The notes under the pieces: model-generated | Told to the model about the DNA's origin: nothing | What the model saw: the letters and a program-made list of their open reading frames with translations, nothing else | Database searches by the model: none | Part shown: positions 12,156-24,568 of the stretch, piece by piece | Position numbering within the stretch: position 1 is the first letter of the stretch | Layout: every line of letters begins with the position of its first letter | Source: Mobula hypostoma | Lineage: Eukaryota | Reading direction: 5' to 3' | NCBI RefSeq assembly: GCF_963921235.1 | Contig: NC_086097.1 | Coordinates: 125,552,001-125,616,000, forward strand | DNA length: 64,000 nucleotides | Program-made: the position numbers and the translations under genes

Positions 12156-12299
12156 TTATAAATTTAAATACATAAGATAGCTTATGTACATAGATTGATT
12201 ATATGTCCATAAAATGATGCTAGGCATAGGTGTATCAGTATAGAAGGTGACTCAGACAAGAAATGATGACATACTCGTGACATGAAAGTCAGGAGACAT

Positions 12300-13550
12300 G
12301 GAATGCAGGGAAAGCTAGTTGTGTGGATATAGAATTGGCTTGCTCATAGAAGGCAGAGGATGATAGCAGATGGAGTGTATTCTGCCTGGAGGTTGGTGAC
12401 CAGTGGTGTTCCACACGGTTCCGTTCAGGGACCCCTGCTCTTTGAAACTTTTGTAAATGACTTGGATAAGGAAGTGGAAAGGTGGGTTAATAAGTTTGCA
12501 GATGACATGAAGGTTGATGGTGTTTTGGATAGTGTATAAAGTTGTCATGGGTTACAACGGGACATTGACTGAGCTGAGAAGTGACAGATGGTGTACAACC
12601 GGAAAACTGTGAGGTGATTCACTTTGGAAGGTCGAACTTAAAGGCAGAATATAGGGTTAATGGCAGGATTCTTAGCAGCGTGGAGGAACAGGGGGATCCT
12701 GGTGTCCACATCCATAGATCCGTCAAAGTTGCAGTGCTAATTGATAAGGCTTTTAAGAAGATGTATGGTATGTTGGCCTTCATTAATCAAAGGATTGAGC
12801 TCAAGAGTCACAAGGTAATGTTACAGCTCTATAAAACTCTGGTTAGACCACACTTGGAATATTGCGTTCAGTTCTGGTTGCCTCAACAAAAAGGATGTAC
12901 AAACTTTAGAGAGTGTGCAGAGGAGATTTACCAGGATGATTAGGGTGCGTGGTATCATAGCGGTTAGTCAAGTGTGACACTATTACTGCCTGGGGCATTC
13001 TGGAATTTGAAGTATTGTGTGCACTTCTCATCACCTATCTGCAGGAAATATATCAATAAGATTGACAGGGGACAGAGAAAATTTGCAAGGATGTTGCCAG
13101 GACTTAAGGCCCTGAGTTATAGAGAAAGACTGAACAGCTTGGGACTTCATTCCCTGAAGTTCAGCAGAATAAGGAGAGACTTGATAGAGGCATACAAAAT
13201 TATGAGGGGTATAGAAAGGGTAAACACAAGCAGGCTTTTTCCACTGAGATTGGGTGGAACAATAACCAGATATCATGGGTTTATGGTGAAATGTGAGCTA
13301 TCTAAGGGGATCCTGGAGGGATCTTCTTCACTCAGAAAGTGGAGAGAGTGTGGAACAAGCTGCCAGCAAAAGTGGTAGATGAGTGTTTGATTGCAACATT
13401 TAAGAGATGTTTGGATAAGTACATAGATAGGTGTGGTGTGGAGGGCTGTGGTCCAGGCGCAGATCAATGGGACTAGGCAGAACAATCGTTCAGCATGGAC
13501 TCGATGAACCAAGGGCTTGTTTCTGTGCTGTAGTGCTCTGACTCCATGGT
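12300..13550 (+). mobile_element. Two decayed CR1 ORF2/3'-end fragments
   Basis: LYKTLVRPHLEYCVQFW, ERLNSLGLHSL..RRIRRDLIEAYKIMRG; CR1 tail gggcttgtttctgtgctgt. Confidence 0.85.
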
Positions 13551-13702
13551 TCTCTTGCCTCATAACTTGAAACAAAACACATGAATTATCTTGTACTTGG
13601 TGGTACTTTACCACATGGTCTAGAGGCCTCCAAACATTTTACACAGTCTTCTGTGATGCATTCGACACAAGCAGACACAATTTTGTCACCAAACATTCAA
13701 AA

Positions 13703-13784
13703 CAGGGGTTCCCAACCTGGTGTCCACGGATCCCTTGTTTAATGGTATTGGTCCATAGCATTAAAAAAAAGTTGTGAACCCCTG
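13703..13784. mobile_element. 82-bp hAT (Charlie-like) MITE
   Basis: TIRs CAGGGGTTCCCAAC / GTTGTGAACCCCTG; TSD ATTCAAAA / ATTCAAAG. Confidence 0.75.
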
Positions 13785-15261
13785 ATTCAAAGGAACTAGA
13801 TCAACAAGCCAGGTAACAAGCGCAGAAACGCAAAAAATGAACACTGAGTTTATGAAATGTTTTAAGGGCTTCTGCAACCAAGAGATAAGTCATTCTTTCA
13901 AACTTCAAAGTAAATTTATTATCAAAATATGATTATGTCACCATTTACTACCCTGAGATTCATTTTCTTGCAGGCATTCACAGTAGAACAAATTCAATAA
14001 AAAATAAATTACAAAAAAAAAGAAAAACCACACACAAAGACTGACAAGTAACCAGTGTGCAAAAGAAGCCAAAACTATGAAAAAAGAAATAAATAAATCA
14101 ATAGGTAGATAAATAAAGAAATAACACTGAGTACCTGAGTTAGTCATAAAGTTATAGAAAAGTACAGCACAGAAACAGGCCTTTCAGCCCATCTAGTATG
14201 TGCTGAACTATTTAAACCACCTACTCCAATCAACCTGCAACGGGACCATAGCACTCCATGCCTCTACCATCTATGTACCTATCCAAACTTCTCTTAAACA
14301 TTGAAATTGAGCTCCCACGTACTCCTTGCGCTGGCAGCTTGTTCCGCACTCTTACGGCCCTCTGAGTGAAGATGATTCCCTTAAATTTTACATCTTTCAC
14401 CCTTAACCTGTGACCTCTGGTTGTAGTCCCACCCTACCTCAGTGGAAAAAGCCTGCTTGCACCTACCCTCTCTATACCCCTCATAATTTTGTATACCTCT
14501 GTCAAATCTCCCCTCCATCTTCTATGTTCCAAGGAATAAATTCCTAAACTATTCAATCTTTTCTTATAACTCAGGTCTTCCAGACCCAGCAGTTGTGAGT
14601 TCTTTTGATATAAAACAGTGACTTCCACTGGAAACCGGAAACCTTACAGTCTGCTGAAGTAATTTACCTCTCACATTAAGTTGTCTTTACATCCGAAGTG
14701 ATTCCAATACATTTGACTCCAGCTACCTGTTCAAACCAGTGGCTGGACTGTTAATTATATCACGGCCCTTAAATTCACCATTGCACCTGCTGATTGACAA
14801 AGAGCAGCTCAACAATACTGCATTTTGTTTGCCTTTTCTCGAAATTTAAAGATCAGAGATTAATCCAGGTCCGTAGTTTACCTGCTGAATTACAACATAC
14901 CAAGGACAATAACAGCACTCACCATGGGTGTTCACACACAATGCAGGTATTTTGGAGAGTTGCCAAGGGCAGATTTACCATTGTTTTCTCTAAAATGAAA
15001 CTTCAGTCCAATTAACTTTGACTTCACCACAATGTACACTGAGTACCAAACACAGCACAAAATGTCTGCTCCACCATCTCTGCACTACAACTGTTTTATG
15101 ACACAAAGTGAGAATCCAAACAGCGATAAGACAAGACATACTTTTCATAATTATAGAGAGCAGACATTATGGTCCTAATATTCTGCTGTTGAAGACCTAC
15201 TTATTGTTCCATCAGCCCTCTCCCACTGTATAAACATAAAAATAATATCGGATGTATTGAA

Positions 15262-15672
15262 AGTAACACACACTAAGTGTTGCAAGTACTCAGCAAGCCA
15301 GGCAGGATCTTTGGAGGAGAATAAACAGTCAACATTTTGGGCTGAGACCCTTCATCCGGACTGGAAAGGAAGGGGGAAGAAGCCAGAATAAGAAGGTGGG
15401 GTTAGGAGGAGGAGGACAAATGGGCGGGTGATAGGTGAAATGAGGTAAGGCAGAAGATAGGTGGGTGGGAGAAGGAGATATGGTGAGAACTGAGAAAGGT
15501 AAAGGGCTGCAGAAGAAATCTGATAGTGGAGGAGAGTGGACCATGGGAGTAAGGGAAGGAGGGGCAAACCAGTGTGGAGTAACATGCAGATGAGAAGAGA
15601 AGGGGTAAAAGGGAAGCCAGAATGGGAAATGGAAATAAAGAGAATGAGGAAGGGGAGAAATTACCAGAAGTT
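15262..15672 (-). mobile_element. Penelope 3' terminal fragment with degraded hammerhead (15327-15362)
   Basis: Polypurine body and terminal motif shared with 5738-6140. Confidence 0.7.
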
Positions 15673-16713
15673 GTGTTAGTATACTTAACCATTTATTGAA
15701 CCTTTCTTTGTACATAGAATATTACAGACCCCTTGGCCCACAATTTTCACAGACAACAGATTTTGCAAAGAATGGTGTGAAAAGCAAAAATCATCCAGTG
15801 AGCAGCAGTTCTGTTGGTGAAAATGCCCTGTTAATGAGAGAGGTCAGAGGAGAATGGTCAGACTGGTTCAAACTGACAGGAAGGCAACTAACTCAAATAA
15901 TCACAAGGAGAGAAGAGCACAGTACAGGCTCTTCACCCATGATTTTGTGCCACCCTTTTAACCTACTCCAAGATCAATCTAATCCTTCCCTCCTGTATAA
16001 CAGCCCATTTTTTATTTATCCATCTGCTTTTCTAAGTTTCTTAAATGTCCCTAATGTTCTGTCTCTACCACCACTCCTGTAAGAGTGTTCCACATACCCT
16101 CCTCTCTTTGTATAAAAAACTTCCCTCTAACATCCCCCTTATACTTTCCTCCAATCACCTTAAAATTATACCCCCTTGCATTAGCCATTTCTGCTTTAGG
16201 AAAAAGTCTCTGGCTGTGCACTCGATCTATGCCTCTTATCATCTTGTAAACTCTATCAAGTCACCTCTCACTGCCCCCAACTCCAAAGAGCACAGCCCTA
16301 ACTCACTCAACCTATCCTCACAAAACATGCTCTCTAATCCATCCTGGTAAATCCTGAAAGATCAGACATGTGCTGATTTCCTTCACAAAGACGAAACTAA
16401 TGGGTCTTTATGATTGTTCTTCCACTGAGCAATGCGGTAGGCTACGTTGGCGCTGAAATGTGTGGCAACACCTGCGAGCTGCCCCCCAGCACACCCTCAG
16501 GTGTTTTGATTGTTAATGCAAAAAATGTATTTCCCTGTATGTGTCAATGTACATGTGATAAATAAACTCAAATCTGGGTTCTTAATGATTTGGTGCTTTC
16601 CCAGGCATTGAAACTAGTCTTTATTTAATTCCAGACTTATTTGATTAATGTTTTTTTAAATTTGCTATGAAAGGATTTGGATTCATTTCTTTGGATTATG
16701 ATCTCCGTGATAC

Positions 16714-17660
16714 CATCATTCAAAGAAGTATCAGAGAAAAAAACTTGGGACAATTTTCTTCAGCATCCGGGGGTGAATTTTTTTTCTTCTCCGTTTTGAT
16801 CCATCTAAACCAAACGGTTAACTTTTGTTTATCTTCTATTGATCCTTAAGTCAATAAATTTTTGCCTTTCAAAGTCGAAGTACAATTTATTGTCAAAGTA
16901 TCCATATACCTTGAGATTCATTTTCTTGTAGGCATTTGCAGGGAAAAAAAACAACAGAATTCGCGAGAAATTATACAAAAACAAATACTGACAAACAACC
17001 AATGTGCAAAAGACGACAAATTGTGCAAATAGAAACAATATTGAGAACATGAGTTGTAGAGTCTAAATTCAGATTCATTAGCCTATTGCCCCAACCTCAG
17101 AGATCCCAGAAGACAGCTACTAAGCTGCACAATAATTCTTTTGTGTAAAGGGAGAAAACGTTATCTGCATCTTATATAATCTTCTTCCTGAATCAGATCA
17201 TTTACCTCATCAAGCTCACAAATTAATATCTTTGGTACTATTGATGCTCTACATATTTTTATGGACATTTAATGTTTGTTACATGATTAACTTTTCAATA
17301 ACACAATTGGAAATTATTACTCTTTTCTGCCATCTTTCAACCAAGGTTAAAGAAAATCACTGGAGCAGTTTGACTGTAAGTTCAAACTACACCATCAGGG
17401 CAACAATCAAAGCACCTCGCAAAGAAAACATAGTTTATCCGACATAATTCTGTTTTCATTAAACACAGACTTGTCTGTGGATCAGTGTCAGCTGCAGATT
17501 CAGGAACATTATGCGGTAACGAGTCAGAGATGAGTTGATTATAAAGCAAGTGTTTAACACTGTCCGACAGAAAAAAGTTAGGCACAGCAACAAGGGAATA
17601 GAAGTATTGCTCAAGATCCATGACTGTGTGGGACAAATAGAAGTTACTCCTGAAATCTAT
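16714..17660 (-). pseudogene. Decayed segments resembling the SNX13 PX C-terminus and PXC domain
   Basis: 17470-17660 encodes DLEQYFYSLVAVPNFFLSDSVKHLLYNQL, ungapped against recalled SNX13 DLNAYLQLLLAPEMMKASPALAHYVYDFL. 17160-17247 encodes LDEVNDLIQEEDYIR vs MDEVFDLKERNQWLR, then a stop. A weaker segment lies at 16714-16805. Confidence 0.55.
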
Positions 17661-18339
17661 GTGAATCTTTGGTTTATTGCACATTGCACTTTGGCTGTTG
17701 TGTTTTTTTTAACTTAAGCAAGTATCTGTTTCATAATTTACACCAAACATAGAACACAGAACACTACAGCATGGTACAGGCTCTTCAGCCCACAATGTTG
17801 TGCAGACACTTTAACCTACTCTAGGATCAATCTAACTCTTCCTTCATACATAGCCCTCCATTTTTCTATCATCCATGTGCCTATCTAAGAGTTTCCTAAG
17901 TGCCCCTAATATATCTGCTTCTACCACTATCACTATCATGGCAGGGTGTTTTATGCACTCACCACTCTCAGAGTAAAGAGCTTACTTTTGACATCTCCCC
18001 TATCCTCATTAGATGTTCAAGATTCAAGAATGTTTATGAGTGTAAAGGAGATTTATGATTGTTACTCTGTATCCGATGCAGCAGAAGAAACATCACAATA
18101 AGCATAAAGAACAAAATAAATTCAATAAATGTAAATATATAAGCAATCCTATAAAACACAATGTTCATGCTCTCTAGTTCAGGCAGCATCCTGGTAAATC
18201 TCTGTACCCACTCTAAAGCTTTCACATCCTTCTGATAATAAGATGACCAGAACTGAACACAATATTCCAACTGTGGTCTAACCAAGGTACAGGAGCCTTA
18301 GGCCCCACAAAACCAGGTTCAGAAACAGTTAATACCTTT

Positions 18340-18830
18340 ATGAAGAACGCATGGCAGCATCTTTACTTTCTCAGAAGTTTGCAAAGATTTGGCATGTCGT
18401 CTAAAACAGTGACACACTTTTGGATATGTCAGTATGTGGTGGAGAGCATATTGCTGGTTGCATCATGAAATGGGATGGAAACACCAATACCTTTGAATAG
18501 AAAATCCTACAATACAGCCCAGTCCATCAGGGGTACAACCATTTAGCACATCTACAACGAGTGCTGTCACAGGAAAGCAGTATTGATCATCAAGGATCCC
18601 CACCGTCCAGGACATGCTCTCATCTCACTGCTGCCATCATAAGAAGGTACAGACAGCTCAAGACCCACATCACCAGAATCAGAAACAGTTATTATCCCTC
18701 AATCATCAGGCTCCTGAACCAAAGGGGATAACTTCACTTGCCCCATGATGATCTGTTCCCAGCACCTATAGACTCACTTTAAAGGACTCTTCATCTCATG
18801 TTCTTGATAATTATTGCTTATTCATGTACG
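18340..18830 (+). mobile_element. Rex1/Babar 3' fragment
   Basis: Degenerate ...GCI..W.GN...RKAV.IIKDPHRPGHAL.SLLPS coding remnant; same family as 20850-21330. Confidence 0.65.
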
Positions 18831-19039
18831 TTTGTATTTATTTATTTATTATTATGTAGCCTCAAGGCACCAATGTATTTTTATCTGTATTAAATTGTCA
18901 ATTTAAATTTCTAAACACTAGTAATTACACTCAAATAACCTATGAGCACATTAGAAAAAGCCTTTTGATTCTATGTATCTACATCTAAAGGCTATTTTAC
19001 TAGGTAACTTGTACAGTGGCTTGTTCATTCAAACGTCTA

Positions 19040-19235
19040 ATCAACCAATCATGTGGCAGCAACACAATGCACAAAAGCAAGCAGACATGATGAAGAGGTT
19101 CAATTGTTGTTAAGATCAAACATCAGAATGGAGAAGAAATATGATCTAAGTGACTTCGACCATGAAATAACTGTTGGTGCCAGATGGGGTGGTTTGAGTA
19201 TCTCAAAAACTGCTGATCTGGGAATTTCACACACG
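19040..19235 (+). mobile_element. Tc1-like fragment (transposase N-terminus)
   Basis: MEKKYDLSDFDHEITVGARWGGLSISKTADL; homologous to 37736-38307. Confidence 0.7.
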
Positions 19236-19529
19236 GGCAGTGGGAATTGAACACTTATAGGTGATCACTAGTGCTGAAAATTTCTTGCGTGAACTCCTAC
19301 CATGCTATTGCCTTTGGTGCATATTTTGTGATTGACAGCAAAGTTTGAAAATGCTAACATTTTGAAACTAAAATAGAAAGTTCAAGAAAACACTGGTCAG
19401 GTTGATGGAGGGAAAAGGCAAATTTTGGTCTTTGAGAGGACCCATCATCAGAATATGGTGGGTTTATAAATTCACTGCTTTGCCCTGAATTTGCCAAGTA
19501 AATGGATATTGATGATACATTCAAGAGAA

Positions 19530-19714
19530 GCATTTTGACCTGGACACTGTACACACTTATTGACTCTTTTTCAAACACTGAGTGATTTTCATCCAGGGGG
19601 CAGTCTGGATCACAGTTTAAGTCTTGTTGGATTCTGATACTTTTGCATCCAAAAATTCTTCAGAAGTCAAGAACGAGGCATAAAACTTATTGCTTACAAT
19701 AACTTTAGTGAATG
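19530..19714 (-). pseudogene. Frameshifted exon-like segment: RGS C-terminal helix then PX N-terminal strand (SNX13-like)
   Basis: Very long polypyrimidine tract + TAG acceptor at 19715; encodes FTKVIVSNKFYASFLTSEEF (cf. RGS ...FYPSF), then after a 1-nt shift ...EKESISVYSVQ. Confidence 0.45.
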
Positions 19715-20225
19715 CTACAAGAGGAAAGCAGAACAAGAAAAAGAAGTGTTGAGAAAACAAAGAGAAGACAAGACTAAAAAGTAGTCATGCTCCTCTCTTA
19801 CTCAGAAAATAGGTAACAAAATTCCATTGATAACAATTAACCAATAAAACAACCAGATTCAAGTAGCGTGACACCTGCTCTTGAAAACTAAGAAGGTTTT
19901 AGAAAAATAAAGAAACAGCTGTACCTTAATTACTGGAAAATTCACTGAACGATTACATGTTTATAGGTGATTATATAAAAACACAAGCAAGTGTAGGCAA
20001 GTTAAACTACAAGAAAATTCTACACCGCAATCCAACAGGTTTCATAAGAAAGATGGGACTTCCAGCAGTATAGTGACACAACCATATTCCTTACATTCAC
20101 TTCTGTCGCATAAAACTTTGCAAGAGAAATACGGCTGTGGAATATTCAAGATGCTGTCACTAAGTACAAACATAGTCTTGCAGGCACAAGCCAATAAATT
20201 AGGCTTTAATTTTAGTTTTTCCTAC

Positions 20226-20338
20226 CTGGATTTATCTTTAATTATTTCTTCTTCAGAGCTGGAGTCTGGGATTTCTCTTCACTGTAGGAGACAGAAAGAG
20301 CAATTCTTTGATGAGGCTGAATTTGGAGCGTAGTGTGC
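20226..20338 (-). pseudogene. Exon-like segment, RGS domain middle (SNX13-like), with stop/frameshift
   Basis: Acceptor ttcctgcag|G and donor CCAG|gtagga; encodes (G)TLRSKFSLIKELLFLSPTVKRNPRL vs recalled SNX13 GLLRAAAVGIYEQYLSEKASPRV. Confidence 0.5.
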
Positions 20339-20394
20339 CTGCAGGAAAGATAAGCTTGAATGAATACAGAGAATATTTACAAGTTTAGTCCAAC

Positions 20395-20650
20395 TGGTGT
20401 TCAATTCCCACTGCTGTCTGTAAGGAGTTTGTATGTTCTGTCTATGAACACGTGGCTTTCCTCTGGACCCTCTGGTTTCCTCCGACATTCCAAAAACATA
20501 GGGTTCGGGTTAGTGAGTTGTGGGCATGCAATGTTGTCCCCCAAAGTGTGATGACACTTGTGGACAGTCCAACACAATCCTCGCTGATTTGATTTGATGC
20601 TAAACGTCACATTTCACTGAATGTTTCGATGTACATATGATAAATCTAAT
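20395..20650 (+). mobile_element. V-SINE (HE1-like) copy; others at ~9640-9940(-), 27040-27300(-), 31793-32040(+), 36625-36910(+), 38785-39085(-), 42865-43405(-, two), 48368-48655(-), 59890-60040(-)
   Basis: tRNA B-box gttcaattccc followed by V-core-like gtggctttcctctgg...ggtttcctcc.acattccaaa.ac. Confidence 0.75.
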
Positions 20651-21519
20651 CTTAAAAAGACCTTATCCTCTATATAGAGCTCCCAGTGACCTCACAAGTT
20701 TCCTTCCACAACTGAAAGACACGTAGTTTGGCAGGCTTTATAAATTACCCACTAGTGCGTAGATGAGTGATCAAATCTCCGGCTGATGAAGAGAATCCTA
20801 TTCTCCAGACAATGAGATTAACATCATTTTAATATAGATAGAGACAGCCTGAAAATGTTGGGCCCCATCACTGAGTACATCTACAAAGAAAGCTGGCACA
20901 AGAAAGCAGCATCTATCATTGAGGACCCCCGCCATCCATGCCATGCTTTCTTCTTGCTACTCTCATTGGGAAGGAAGTACAGGAGCCTTAATCCCACATC
21001 ACCAGGTTCAGGAACGGTTGTTACCCTTCAACCATCAGGCTCCTGAACGAGCATGGATAACTTCACTCACCTCAACTCTGAACTGATTCTTCAGCCTATT
21101 AACTCACTTTCAAGAACTCTACAACTCATGCTCTCAGCATTCGTTCTTTCTTTCTTTCTTTCTTTATTTGCACAGTTTGTTTTCGTTTGCACATTGGTTG
21201 TCAGACTTTGAGTGTAGTTTTTCACTGATTCTATTATCTCTCTGTTCTACTGTGAATGCCTGCAAGAAAATGAATCGCAGAGTAGTATATGTTGACAAAA
21301 ACGTACATACTTTAATAATAAATTCATTTTGAACATTTCTGATGATGTTGCAAGACCAGCAGCAGGAGATGCTACATTACAATACAGCTACGTTACAAAA
21401 TTGCTGGATGTAGGGACAAACATGAGCTACAAGGATTCAAGTTTAGCAAAGTTTGGATGGCGCCGAACTACAGCCTTTATTGAGGTCATGGCTCAGACTT
21501 TATTTTTTGTTGTTTTTAG

Positions 21520-22350
21520 GTTCATAGGGATAGCTTTGGGAACAGAGGGAGGAGTCAGATTAGGGTTTAGCGACAGAGATGTGGAGGAGTTTGAGGTCAG
21601 GCCAGAGGCTAAGCCTCTACTTCGCATTCAAAGACCAGCAATGCAGATGTGAGACATCCATAGTGGGATATTGGGCCGGAAAGTCAGTGTGAATGAGGAT
21701 TGGTGGCCCCCTCCCCCAACCCCCAGGATCAGTAACTTACCAGTGGGTTTCAGAATTGGAGTTCTGTGCAGGCAGGAGGAATGAGGGCCAGTGCCCCCCA
21801 GGGTACTCAAATTGGCAAGAGCAGAGTTCAAGGCCTAGTGTTCAGGTCTGGAGCGTTTGAGGCCTGGAGTTTGGCGTCTTCATCCAGGGTTCTCATTTAC
21901 CAACAGCAGTTAGTCAGCTAGTCCAGGGGTCAAGACTAAAGATCAAAGCCCGAATGTCAATTGGAAATAAGGATGTTGAAGCCCAATCCCAGAGTCTGTA
22001 AATCTCTGTGAGTTCACTGGGAAAGTTAAAAACTGAATGTCTGCAAGTTCAAGTCCACTGAAGGCTGAAGGTCGAAGGTGGCTTCTCCTGGGGCTGGACG
22101 ACTATGTACGTGTGTGAGTGGGAGAAATTGGGGCTTGTTTTGCTGCTATTATTTTGTTCCTTGTTGTGTTCTGTGTTGTTCTGCCGAGCACTGTGGGCAT
22201 GCCATTTTGGCGCCAGAATATGCAGTGATACTTGCAGACTGCCCCTACACGCATCCTTGAGTATGTTGGTTGTTAATGCAAGCAACACATTTTACACTAT
22301 GTTTCCACATACACGTGATTAGTAACTGAATTGTGAATCTTGAATCTTGA
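21520..22350 (+). mobile_element. Non-autonomous retroelement, longer copy of the 4320-4830 family
   Basis: Collinear similarity to 4320-4830 and the same gaatcttgaatct tail. Confidence 0.6.
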
Positions 22351-22752
22351 GCTGCTCAATGGCCAACGCACAAGGTGTATCACAGAGAGAAATTTTAAAC
22401 ATAGAAGCAGACAAATTCACGCCACACTAGTATCAGGGAGTTCACCTCTGAATGATTTTATTCAATCTTGCAGGTTAGTGGACAAAATATTTCAGCTGTT
22501 CACTCAAAAGATGTGAATAAAATGAAGGATATGCTGTAACACAGTGTCTATTATTTTTGTGAATTTATTCTCGTTCATTTAAATAATTTATTATGGGTAA
22601 TCTGTAAAAATAAGGGAATTGCATACATCATAACTCTATCCCATGATATGTGCATGCCTCGCTTGAAGTAAAGACTAAGTTAGACTGGCATTCTGAACTT
22701 CCTGTCCTTTCCTTCCAATTAGGTTTATCTTCTGGAGTTACAGAACATAACA

Positions 22753-22764
22753 GTGGCAACGAGG
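22753..22764 (+). promoter_or_regulatory. Primer-binding site, tRNA-Ser(GCT)-like (consensus TGGCGACGAGG, one mismatch)
   Basis: Lies directly after the LTR 3' CA; complementary to the recalled tRNA-Ser(GCT) 3' end CCTCGTCGCCA. Confidence 0.6.
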
Positions 22765-24143
22765 AAGTATTAAATGAACCTGGAGATGACTACCCACCAG
22801 TTGAAGTGCAGCGAGAAGTTTGAGTTTAAAGAAAAGCACCATGAGAAATGGTCAAGTAAATAAAAGCACAGCATGTGCTTCTTTTGAAGGGACAGACATG
22901 GTTGGGTTTCAACATAAAGGCAGAAAATGGACAAATTCATGTGTTTATAAACAGTAAGTACCAGGCAATAACAATTATAAGTATAAAAAGAAGAAATGGC
23001 TAGTTACATCAGAAAGATTGATGCACTCAATTGCATGAGTGATAACTGGGTATTAAACATTAAGCAAACTAAACAGTATTTTGAAGCAAATCAAATAGCC
23101 AATGAGAAGTGTGTGCCAATTTTGCTGGGTGCATTGGATTTAAAGATGTACAGTTTAACTGCTTTAACCAAACCAGTAGAAATGAGCTTTGCTGATATCA
23201 TAAGAGTAATGCAGGAACATTTAGAACCAAAACCACTGTTAACTGTAAAACGCATTAAGTTTCATAAGTGGAATCAAAAGGAAGGGGAATCCATTTCAGC
23301 ATACGTGGCTGAATTGAAGAAGTTGTCTGAGCATTGTCAGTTCAGTGATGGGCTTAATAATGCACTGAAGAGATCAGTTAGTTTGTGGAATCTTACAAGA
23401 AAGCATTCAAAAACATCTCCTAACTGAAGCACAACTTACATTTTAAAAAGCAGTTGAAATTGCTGTATCAATAGAAACAGCAGACAGAGATTCAATTGAG
23501 TTGCAGTCAAGAATGAAAGTGAGCATAAACAAAATTGCAATGTCCAAAACAGAAATTGGCCTGGCCGAACAAATTATGTTACCATTGTGGCAGGCACTCA
23601 TATACACTACACCAATGCAGATTTAAAGGTGAAACTTGCAGCAAAGTATGACACATACAAATATCATATCAGACACAAAAATAAATGGAATTCTCAGGGA
23701 AGGGCTAAAGATAAAAAGTTGAAGTTTCAAAAAGAGTACTAATCTGCATGCTGTTGATGAAAAGTCTGATAATGATAAGAGTGATGGAGGACTAAGTAGC
23801 CTTAAGAGTTTCATGTGAAAACTAACCAGAGACAAAAGCATTATGACTTACACCAGAAGTCAATGACAAATTAATTAAATGGAATTGGACACAGGTTCAG
23901 CTGTTTCAGTCATTCCACAATATGAAGTTGAACAGCATTTCAAAGATATTAAATTGAAGCCTGCAAATATCCAACTAAGAATTTATGTTGAAGAAAACTC
24001 CTGTGGGAATGACATTTATAACAGTGGAATACAACAACCAACAATCTTCATTGGGCTTGTATGTGGTAAAAACAGGAGGACCAGCATTGGGGGGTGGGGG
24101 GTGGGGGGCGGGGGGCATGATCAGCTGAGACGACTACAACTTG

Positions 24144-24568
24144 ACTTGGGTCTTTATTCTTTGGAACGTAGAAGGTTGAGGGGGGACTTGATAGAGGTGT
24201 TTAAAATTATGAGGGGGATAGATAGAGTTGACGTGGATAGACTTTTTCCATTGAGAGTGGGGGAGATTCAAACAAGAGGACATAAGTTGAGAGTTAAAGG
24301 GCAAAAGTTTAGGGGTAACATGAGGGGGAACTTCTTTACTCAGAGAGTGGTAGCTGTGTGGAACGAGCTTCCAGCAGAAGTGGTTGAGGCAGGTTTGATG
24401 TTGGCATTTAAAGTTAAATTGGACAGCTATATGGACAGGAAAGGAATGGAGGGTTATGGGTTGAGTACAGGTCGGTGGGACTAGGTGAGAGTAAGAGTTC
24501 GGCACGGACTAGAAGGGCCAAGATGGCCTGTTTCCGTGCTGTAATTGTTATATGGTTATATTATATGG
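24144..24568 (+). mobile_element. Young CR1 3' fragment inserted in Gypsy pol
   Basis: LGLYSLERRRLRGDLIEVFKIMRG...; tail repeat ATATGGTT; Gypsy sequence (LQLDW) resumes after it, with TTGA on both sides. Confidence 0.85.

Noticed and set aside
19635..19783. Plus-strand Lys/Glu-rich frame (..KRKAEQEKEVLRKQREDKTKK)
   Set aside because: Explained as the reverse complement of a minus-strand polypyrimidine tract.
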